Assembly (NCBI RefSeq): GCF_009914755.1
Contig: NC_060933.1
Length of the DNA: 64,000 bases
From: the human T2T-CHM13v2.0 reference genome, Homo sapiens
Direction: 5' to 3' (one strand)
In this document: positions 50,117 to 64,000 of the stretch, piece after piece
Layout: each line of letters begins with the position of its first letter
Position numbering within the stretch: position 1 is the first letter of the stretch
Translations under genes and position numbers: made by a program
The notes under the pieces: generated by a model
Told to the model about the DNA's origin: nothing
The model's database searches: none
The model's input: the letters and a program-made list of their open reading frames with translations, nothing else

Positions 50117-50176
50117 AAAAAGTCTGTAAATACTTGCAGTTACAGACTTTTAATGCAAACATTAAAAGGCCTCATA

Positions 50177-50261
50177 GGTGGAGGTTGCAGTAGTGAGCTG
50201 AGATTGCACCACTGCATTCCAGCCTGGGCAACAGAGCGAGACTCTGTCTCAAAAAAAAAAA
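50177..50261 (+). mobile_element. Heavily 5'-truncated Alu
   Basis: TSD aaaaggcctcatag. Confidence 0.9.
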
Positions 50262-50394
50262 GGCCTCATAGACCAGATCCATATATATATTTACTTTCCT
50301 TTTCCTTCCTGCTTAATAAACAGCTAACCTTTTTACCTGTTAGCATTATGATTTGAATGGCTATTGTCCTGTAATTATATTGCCTAAATTTCCA

Positions 50395-51395
50395 TTTTTA
50401 AAAATTAATTTTTTTATTGATACACAATTGTACATATTTATGGGGTACATGTGATATTTCCATGCACGTATGCAATGTATAATGATCAAATCGGGATAAT
50501 TAGGATATTCATCACCTCAAACATTTGGCATTTTTTTTGTGCTGGAAACATTTTTTTTTTTTTAATTTAAAAAAAATTTTTTTTTTGAGACGGAGTCTCG
50601 CTCTGTCGCCCAGGCTGGAGTGCAGTGCCCATCTCGGCTCACTGCAAGCTACGCCTCCCGGGTTCATGCCATTCTCCTGCCTCAGCCTCCCAAGTAGTTG
50701 GCACTACAGGCGCCCGCCACCACGCCCGGCTGATTTTTTGTATTTTTTTAGTAGGGACGGGGTTTCACCGTGTTAGTCAGGATGGTCTTGATCGCCTGAC
50801 CTCGTGATCCGCCTGCCTCGGCCTCCCAAAGTGCTGGTATTACAGGCATGAGCCACCGCGCCCGGCCTTATGCTAGAAACATTTTGAATCTCCTTTTCTG
50901 GCTATTTTGAAACATACAATTAATTACTGATAACTATAGCCACCCTAGTGTTCTATCAAACATGAGAATTTATTCCTTCTCTCCCCCACACCACCCCATG
51001 CCCCCAACTGGGCACCACCTTCTCAGCCTCTGGTAACCATCATTCTACTACCCCCTTTTTTTTGTTTTTTTTTTTTTTGTTTTTTTTGAGACGGAGTTTC
51101 GCTCTGTCGCCCGGGCTGGAGTGCAGTGGCGCGATCTCGGCTCACTGGAAGCTCCGCCTCCCAGGTTCATGCCATGCTCCTGCCTCAGCCTCCTGAGTAG
51201 CTGGGACCACAGGTGCCCGCCACCACGCCTGGCCAATTTTTTATGTGTTTTTAGTAGAGACAGTGTTTCACCGTGTTAGCCAGGTGATCCGCCCCCCTCG
51301 GCTTCCCAAAGTGCTGGTATTACAGGCGTGAGCCACTGTGCCCGGCCGAGATCCACTTTTTTAGGCTCCTACAGATGAGTGAGAACATGCAATAT
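50395..51395 (-). mobile_element. L1MA-like 3' end with two AluY insertions (~50577-50867, ~51056-51347)
   Basis: tacatatttatggggtacatgtgatatt...gagtgagaacatgc; second Alu lacks ~30 nt of its left arm (gttagccaggtgatccg). Confidence 0.85.
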
Positions 51396-51637
51396 TAAAT
51401 AAGCAATTTAAGTCCCTGTTGAGGGCATATTGAGAATCCTCTCAATACTCAGTCATGGTGGTTCCCTTTCATGCCCAGATGGCCCTTAACTAAAGATTAA
51501 GCAAAGAATTAGGCCCCATAAATGCCAATAATGATTATAGTTTTAGTTTCTTAGACATTCCTTTGCTGACAATTTAGTAACCTTTTTATTTTAGAGAAGA
51601 TTTCTAAGATACTGTGAAGCGTTGAAGAAAAAGTATG

Positions 51638-51847
51638 GCCTGGCCAAGATGGTGAAACCCTGTCTCTACTAAAAACACAAAAATTAGCCAGGCATGGTAG
51701 CAGGCCCCTGTAATCCCAGCTACTCGGGAGGCTGAGGCAGGTACTTGGTTGATCCCGGGAGGCGGAGGTTGCAGTGAGCCGAGATCATGCCACTGCACTC
51801 CAGCCTGGGCAACAGAGCGAGACTCTGTCTCAAAAAGAAAAAAGAAA
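51638..51847 (+). mobile_element. 5'-truncated Alu
   Basis: TSD-like aagaaa(a/g)agtatg. Confidence 0.88.
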
Positions 51848-51940
51848 GAGTATGATAGAAATGCCAAAATAGTACCAAAATATAGTTAATCTTGTATGGG
51901 ATAATGAATGAGTAAACAGTTTAAGGATCTTATCTTAGGA

Positions 51941-52030
51941 GTGAACCATATTTATATTTACATATACGTGTATGTATGTGTACATGTGAACCATATTTAT
52001 ATTTACATATATGTGTATGTATGTGTGCAT
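51941..52030 (+). repeat. 45-bp tandem duplication
   Basis: gtgaaccatatttatatttacatata(c/t)gtgtatgtatgtgt(a/g)cat twice. Confidence 0.92.
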
Positions 52031-52485
52031 GTGTTATATGTGTGTGTACACAGTATAGAGAAATTAGGCAAAAGATGTGAAAACACGGTTACAAATCAAA
52101 ATTTTAAATAATAATCTTAAACAATGACATAATTTGAAAGCTTCTGATATTTGATGTCTCAGAACATAGTGATGATTCAGTGTGAAAAGGTCTAAGGTCT
52201 AGCTACTTTTGAGAAACTCATGAAGTTTTTTTTTTTTTTTTTTGAAGGCACACAGCAAGTTTTTAAGAATAATGAAAGAAGTTGGGAAAAATAGAAATAA
52301 TGAAGTGTTAATAAATTCTAGTCAAAATGTAAGATGCCAGTGAAGATATTTAGAAAATTTACTTAGTCACTTTGAAATGTTGAGAAACAGAGAAATAAAT
52401 TTTTTTTCCCAGCTCCCTCCCCCCACTACAACAAATTATTCTTAATGTAATTTGGATTTATGTTTGCTTTTTTTTTTCCACTTAG

Positions 52486-52548
52486 GAATTAGATACACTT
52501 CAACAACAATTGGATTCACAGAACATGAAAAAAGAGAGCCTGGAAGCA
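52486..52548 (+). CDS. IFT74: IFT74 exon 10 (63 nt)
   Basis: cttag|GAA TTA GAT..., ELDTLQQQLDSQNMKKESLEA; donor GCA|gtaagt. Confidence 0.95.
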
Positions 52549-52808
52549 GTAAGTATAAAATCAAATAAGGGTTCTCATACTACTCAGCTAAAAAAGTTAA
52601 TTCAGCCAAGTATATTAATATAACTAATTCAACTACATATTGATCTGGCAGCTTACTAATAGGAGTTTAATACTTTTTCTTCCTATTCTGGACCCACAAA
52701 GATCCTAGTATGGTAAGAAATTAGATTCAGTTATTGAGTACCTACTATGTATAAAACAAATCATTCCGCCCTACCTAGGACATGCAAAATCCAATAGCAA
52801 TTAAAAAA

Positions 52809-53097
52809 ATTATTTTTTTAGAGACAGAGTCTTTCTTTGTCACTCAGGCTAGAGTGCGGTGACATGATCGTAGCTCACTGTAAATTCAAGCTCCTGGGCT
52901 CAAGCGATCCTCCCTCCTCAGGTTCCCAAGTAGCTAGGACTTCAGGCAGGAACCACCACACCTGGCTAATTTTTTTTTTACTTTTTGTAAAGACAGGGTC
53001 TCGTTATGGCTGATGTACAGCTCCTGGCCTCAAGCAATGCTCCTGCCTTGGCTTCCCAATGTGCTGGGATTACAGGCATGAGGCATTGTGCTCAGCC
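52809..53097 (-). mobile_element. AluJ
   Basis: ctcctgggctcaagcgatcctcc. Confidence 0.85.
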
Positions 53098-53214
53098 TCT
53101 AATGGCAATTTAAAGACACATACACAAGAGATTATAAAAACAAAGAAAGAGGGAGAGACATGAGTTCATCTCTTTAAGGATGTAAAAACTTACTTTTTTT
53201 ATTCATTTATTTAA

Positions 53215-53597
<383 letters not shown>

Positions 53598-54514
53598 AAA
53601 ATGTCTGTTTTGTGTCCTTCTTTCCAGATAGAACTACTGGAAAGACATTTATCAAGTGCTTACTGTATGCTTTTTTGAGCTGTAAACACATATCAGCATC
53701 ATCTTCATGTAATCCCCACAAGAGTCCTAAATCCCATCTTGGTTTTACAGTTGTGGAAAACCTCAAGTGGGGTTCCTACGTGCTATGCTAGCTGCAGCTT
53801 TCTTTTTTCACCCTAACATTGTATCTACAGTGTCTATTTATATCAGTTCCTAGAGAACCTCCTCATTATTTTAAATTGCTACAATGTATTATGTTGTATA
53901 ATTATAACACAGCCTTGTAAATGAACAGGTTGTTTATAGTTTTCCGGGATTATAAACAATACTCCTGTGAAAGCATACATTTTATGCGAAGTTATATCAT
54001 AAGATTGAATTCTCACAATGGGTCAAAAGGTATACAGTTTAAAAATGTTGTCAGATTGCCAAATTGCCTTCAAAAAGGTTGTTCCAACTTTTACTTCTAG
54101 ATGTAATGTATGTGAATGCTTATTTCCCCTGCATTCACTGACAGCAAATATTATCTGACTTTTCCAGTTTTAGCTATTTTGATAGGTAAAAATTACTACC
54201 TTATTTGAATTTTCATTTATTTATGAATAAAGTTGAGTATCTATTTATATCATTTTTGGCCAATGAATTTCTTTTTCTTTGAACTCCTTTTTCATATTTT
54301 TGGCGTTTCAGTATACTGTCTGTATCTCAAATCTTGCCTCCCTTTCCTGATTTCCTGTGGATTCAGGTAGACATCATGATGACAGTATTAGGAACTGTTG
54401 TAGACTGATAGATTGCTGACACCCTAGCTTGCAAAAGAAATGAGTATTTTGTAATTAATTCTTTTGAGAATTTGCTATTGAAAAAGTTATTTAATTAAAA
54501 ATAGTAAGGTAGTT

Positions 54515-54812
<298 letters not shown>

Positions 54813-55201
54813 GCAGGTAGTTTTCTGTGTCTGGTTGTCCATCTATAAAGACACTTAATTTTTATTTCCTTGGATCTCTGGTGATGGAAATACGCTTAAA
54901 GAAAGAAGGACCACATTTAGTATTAATACAACCAGCTTGCAGAATTCCTCATGGTTCTTTTTTGGAGTGGGTTTGAGAGAGTCAAGTCTTACTTCACTTG
55001 GTGAATTTGGTTTCCATAGGAAAAATCATAAGCTATAACCTTAGATTTACTTTTTGTACTGATGCCGTTCTTCTCTGATGTCAGTACATTTATGCCTAAA
55101 ATAACAAGAGTTTTAAAAATACACAATATGTGCAAATTAAGATAACATGTCACTAATTCTATTTAACTTTTGCCAGATTTCTTTCTTTTTAAAAAAAAAA
55201 A

Positions 55202-55487
55202 TTTTTTTGAGACAGAGTCTTGCTCTGTTGCCCAGGCTAAAGTGCAGTGGCACAGTCTTGGCTCACTGCAACCTCCGCCTTCTGAGTTCAAGCAATTCTC
55301 CTGCCTCAGCCTCCCGAGTAGTGGGATTACAAGCGTGCATCACCATGCCCGGCTAATTTTTGTATTTTTAGTAGAGACAGGGTTTCACTGTGTTGGCCAG
55401 GCTGGTCTTGAACTCCTGACCTTGTGATCCACCCGCCTTGGCCTCCCAAAGTGCTGAGATTACAGGCGTGAGCTATCACGCCCAGCC
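55202..55487 (-). mobile_element. AluS
   Basis: ccagatttcttt repeated on both sides. Confidence 0.9.
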
Positions 55488-55936
55488 CAGATTTCTTTTA
55501 TTTATTTGTTTAGGACTTGTTCTTCAAGAAAATACCTGTCAGATAGTGGTCAATCAACTAGTATTTTTTGAATACTTTATGTTCACTGCTGTACAACGTA
55601 TTAGGTCATGCTTATTCAGTTCACAAGAGTGGAAAAAATCAGGTGAAGGATTAACATGAGCTTAAGTCTTCCAGAACAATTTTATCAAGATGAAATTCAA
55701 ACAAATCTATAGGATTGTTAGGCAAAAAGGAGACGATACTATGAAAAAGGATAGCATAAAATATCTGCATTTCTTCTATGTCTTTTTAGCATGGCTTTTT
55801 TTAATCTTATCTGATGCCTAATCTGTTACTTGAACTGTATATATAATCCATTGCTTATGGACTTTGAAAAATTATCTCGTCTACTCGTTCCTTTTTTGGA
55901 GGTTCCTTCTTTCATACTTTTAGAAGAGAAGAGGTT

Positions 55937-56475
<539 letters not shown>

Positions 56476-56619
56476 GAGTCTCAAATGTCATTTTAATCAT
56501 CACCAACACCATTCCTACCTTTTTTTTGGTGTTGTTAGCTAATAACATTTTTGTCACATCCTTATTTTTTTCTTTGTGAAAGGTGGGATAGTGGTGAGTA
56601 CACAGTAACTGTTATTTCA

Positions 56620-57069
56620 TGTGTTCATTTCCTAGTGCTGCTATAATAGAATATCACAAACTGGGTGGCTTAAAAGAAACACAAATTTTCTCACAGTTCC
56701 AGAGCCTGGAAGTCTGAAATCACGGTGTCAGCAGAGCCATGCTTCCTCTGAGACTCTAGACAGAATCTTGCTCTGCTTCTTCCTAGCTTCTAGTGGTATC
56801 CATTAGCTCTTGATATTGCTTGACTTGCAGCTGCATCACTCCAGTCTTTGCCTGAGTCATAACATGGTATTCTCCCTGTGTGTCTCTGTTGTGTCTGTAC
56901 TCTTCTTATAAAGGGCACCATCATATTGGATTAGGGCCCACCCCTAATGACCATATCTTAACTTGACTAAATATGCAAAGAGCTTATTTCCAAATAAAGG
57001 TCAAATTGACAGGTTTATGATGTTAAGACTCCAGCTTACCTTTTTGAGCAGACACAATTCAACCCACAA
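56620..57069 (-). mobile_element. MaLR solo LTR (MLT1C/B-like)
   Basis: aaactgggtggcttaaaa, gaagtctgaaatcacggtgtcagcag, attggattagggcccaccc, gacacaattcaaccca. Confidence 0.85.
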
Positions 57070-57487
57070 AATTGTGGGAAAATATATGTTATGACCTATT
57101 TAGGGAAAAATATCTTCTCTCCAAAGATCACTTCTATGGACTTTGAATCAGACATTGTGTTTAAAGTTGTACATATGTTTTGACATTGTCTTTATCCTCC
57201 CATTGGTAGAGTTGTCCTATACTTATTCAGGTCTTATATGTAGAAAATAAAATAAACTAAGGCTATCAACTTCTTGTGAATCTTAGACTGAAAATAGCAG
57301 GATTTATTTTTATTCTTCCAATTTAGGAATGTGCTTTGTAGCATTATTGAGTACTAATGATATTTGCTGTCTGTATTTAAAGATGCTAGTAGTTTAAATT
57401 TACCCCCATTCTTATAAACTGAAACCTATTTTAGAATAATTATTGATAAAATACTAATTAAAACTTTCCCTTCTTATTTTCCTTTAG

Positions 57488-57697
<210 letters not shown>

Positions 57698-57793
57698 TAA
57701 AGGGATATTAATGCAAGTAGTAAAGCTAGTAAGTGTATTGTCTAAAAATAGTTTATGTGAAGAAATGACTTTTTAATCTAGATTTTCTTCCTC

Positions 57794-58090
57794 TTTTATT
57801 ATTATTATTATTATTATTTTTGATGTAGGATCTTGCTCTGTAACCCAGGCTGGAGCACAGTGGTGCAATCATAGCTCACTGTAGCCCTGAGCTGCTGGCC
57901 TCAAGTGATCCTCCACCTCAGCCTCCCGAGTAGCTGGGACTGCAGGCATGTGCCAACACACCAATTTTTTATTTTTATTTTTTGTAGAGATAGGGTTTTA
58001 CTGTGTTGCCTGGGCTGGTCTCCAGCTCCTGGCCTCAAGCAGTCCTCCCATTTCAGCCTCTCCAAGTGTTGGGACTATAGGCACCCAGCC
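57794..58090 (-). mobile_element. AluJ with (TTA)n tail
   Basis: ctcctggcctcaagcagtcctccc. Confidence 0.88.
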
Positions 58091-58679
58091 TAGATTTTCT
58101 TAATCAAGTATTTCATAGTAACTTAGGTGAAGCTAACTTTTCCTTATTAGGAATACTTGAAACTCTTCTTTATTGGTCATTAAATATTTAGATAATCTTT
58201 TTGAAGATATGTTTCATTATTGTTTTGGGCCTTGTATTTAGAAAATGGAGTATCCCAAGGCTAATGACTTTTTGTGGTTGTTATTATCAGTGCCTCCATG
58301 AAGAGAATGGAATTAAAATGTCCTGTGAAATTATCGTATGTCCTAAAGTCATGACACATGTAACATGTATTTAGTAGCTTTCTTACTACCCCAGGGGTGG
58401 ATTTAGTTTAGCTCCAAATTATAATTAGCATGTTGTTTATCCTGACACATCCTAACTATAAGGGCCTTAGGAGAACTTCATATGTATATGGGCACAGCTC
58501 CAGTCAGGGACTCCTTTGCCCTTAGACTTAGATCAAGCCCAGTGCATTTAGAAGAAATGTAGGTATCAATTCAGGGACTATTTAATTATTAGAATCATTT
58601 CAAAAAGGTATTAAATCTAGAACCTGTGTAGTTCCTTGGAGAGAAATCATTGAAAGATGGGGAGGAGTGATCTTGAGGT

Positions 58680-58897
58680 ACGCCTACCACATAAAATATA
58701 GAATGGCTGCTTAAATTTGAATTTCAGATAAGCAATAAATAATCTTTCAGATATATATATGTATATGGAAAAATTATTTATTGCTTGTCAATGATATGGA
58801 TATTCCAAATATTACATGGTACATATATCCTCTCAAAGGTATTCACTATTTATCTGAAATTCAGATTTAACTGGGCTTGCTCAATCTAGCAACCCTA
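58680..58897. mobile_element. MER53-like palindromic hAT MITE
   Basis: ttaaatttgaatttcagataa ... ttatctgaaattcagatttaactggg...gcaaccct. Confidence 0.8.
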
Positions 58898-59227
58898 CCT
58901 TGTGGGAAACTGAGGGGAATCTCAGAAATCCTAGATGTTTATATCAACTTATCCAGGCCTGAAGATGAGCTATCCTCATGGTGCCTGGAGGGTAGCTGTG
59001 AGTATATCAGTTACTACCCTTACTTTGAGGAAAAAGGATGGAATCTGTGAATGGTTCCTTGGTGCTGTTCCCTTTAACTTCAAAGGTTGAAATCTAAAAA
59101 ATAGATTTCAAGAAAGAGAGTAGATTTGACACTTTAGTACAATTGTACTCTAGAAGGAAATTATCTTTAAGATAGCCTTACAATGAGTTATTTTTTTAAA
59201 TACTACTTTCTTTTTATGCCTTTGTAG

Positions 59228-59268
59228 ATTAAAGATGATAATCAGGAAATAGCCAGCATGGAAAGACA
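59228..59268 (+). CDS. IFT74: IFT74 exon 12 (41 nt); the gene continues beyond the window
   Basis: tgtag|ATT AAA GAT..., IKDDNQEIASMER(Q); donor CA|gtaagt. Confidence 0.94.
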
Positions 59269-59419
59269 GTAAGTATCTTTATACTAGGACATTTTACATC
59301 CATTTCTCACTTTAAAAATTACATTCTAAAGGTACAGGAGTGGCTTTCATTCTTTCAATTTTACTTATAGCTTTAAATATTTCTTTGAGTGTTTAAGAGC
59401 CATTGCATAGTATAATTTT

Positions 59420-60465
59420 TTTATAAGTATCTTTATTAAGATATACTTTATACCATATAATAGACATATTTAATGTAAACAATTTAAAACATTTTAGTAT
59501 ATTCACAGAAGTGTGCAGCCATCACCTAGATCACCTTTATTTTTCAATTTTTATTTATTTTTATCTTTTTGAGACCAGGTCTCATTCTGCTGCCCAGACT
59601 GGAGTGCAAGTGGCATGATATAGCTCACTGTAACCTCAAACTCCTGGGCTCAAACCTCCCAAGTAGCCAGGACTACAGGCACACACCACCATATCTGGCT
59701 AATTTATTTTTATTTTTAGTAGAGTCGAGATCTTGCTATGTGGCCCAGGCTAGTCTCCAGCTCCTAGCCTCAAGTGATCCTCCCATCTCAGCTTCCCAAA
59801 GAGCTGGGATTAAAGATGTGAGCCAGTATGCCATGCCCCCAGTCAATTTTAGAACTATTCAGTCAGCCCAATAAAACCCTGCACCCTTTAACCATCACCT
59901 CCCTTATCCCTCTCCCAGCTCTAGCCATGCCCATTCTGGACATTTCATATATATGGAATCATTCAATATGTGCTTCTGTGTGTCAGGATGCTTTCACTTA
60001 GCACAGTGAGCCTTGCTTTCTCGAAGATCAGCTGACTATTGGTATTTGGCTTTATTTCTGGGTTCTCTGTTCTGTTCCAAGGCTCATAGGTGAGCCTTGA
60101 AAACTAAGACAAATGGAATATTATTTGGAAATAAAAATTAATAAAATACTAAGCATGTATTAGTTTTTATTAATACTAATACATGCTTAGTATTTTATTA
60201 ATTTTTATTTCCAAATAGTATTCCATTGTATGGATATACCATATTTTATTTATTTATCAATTAATGGATGTATGGGCTGTTACCATTTTTTTATTATCAT
60301 GAGTCATGCTCCTATAAACATCCATGTACAAGTTTTTGTGTGGGCATATGTTTTCACTTCTCTTGTATATATACCTAGGAGTGGAATTGCTGACTCATGA
60401 CTATGTTTAACTTTTTGAAGAACTACCAGACTGTTTTCCAAAACAGCTTTACCATTTTACATTTC
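59420..60465 (-). mobile_element. L1MB-like 3' end with an AluJ (~59540-59843) and a rearranged patch at 60007-60174
   Basis: ttctggacatttcatatatatggaatc, ttccattgtatggatatacc, atatacctaggagtggaattgctg. Confidence 0.82.
60112..60227. repeat. AT-rich inverted repeat, 53-bp arms (52/53), 10-nt spacer
   Basis: 60112-60164 is the reverse complement of 60175-60227 except one position. Confidence 0.95.
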
Positions 60466-60557
60466 ATTTATTTGTATTTGAATACATTTATTTGAAATTT
60501 GTAAAACAATCATTTTACTACCAGTCACCAGAAAGCATACCAATTGTTTTAATTTAA

Positions 60558-60731
<174 letters not shown>

Positions 60732-61011
60732 TAATTTTAATCAACTAAGTTGTAAATTAATAAGTAGTCAACAATGACGAAATTGCCTTTTAATGTCTCT
60801 CATATTCTATTGTAATGTTTTTGTTGCTGATTACAACTTATGAAATTAAATTTTGGAATCACAGTCTCTAGTATCAGCTGAATTGCAGCCCGTGTCAAGT
60901 GTTTTGCAATACTGGCTAAGGTACTAAGAAACTAATTTTTTTTTTCTGTTTTTTGTAACTGTAAGCAAATTTCTATATTCTTATGGCTAAGAGAATATTT
61001 TTTTCTTTTAG

Positions 61012-64000
<2,989 letters not shown>

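Noticed and set aside
50024-52030. Short direct repeats (32 and 45 bp) as a CRISPR-like array
   Set aside because: Contiguous tandem units with no unique spacers, in primate intronic DNA.

Overview
Primate (most likely human) genomic DNA. The + strand carries IFT74 coding exons 2-12 (residues 1-324 plus part of codon 325; every exon was read with GT/AG boundaries and phases that join into one frame). The complete LRRC19 gene (370 aa LRR transmembrane protein, 4 coding exons plus a probable non-coding first exon) is nested antisense in IFT74 intron 8. The rest is repeat-rich intron: about 45 Alus, L1s of several ages (including a TSD-flanked L1PA2-like copy), a 3'-truncated HERV-I/IP-type provirus with an LTR10-like LTR carrying a p53-type site, MaLR LTRs and hAT DNA transposons. 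The most unusual object is a ~460 bp TSD-flanked, polyadenylated composite retrocopy (HERV-H LTR7 R-U5 + Alu right arm + MST LTR 3' part) at 42513-42971. Other oddities are a direct-plus-inverted repeat set bracketing IFT74 exon 8, a 53-bp-arm palindrome inside a templated-insertion scar near 60.1 kb, and several smaller templated duplications. Repeat subfamily names are by-eye calls from remembered consensus sequences, and repeat boundaries are approximate unless a TSD is quoted.
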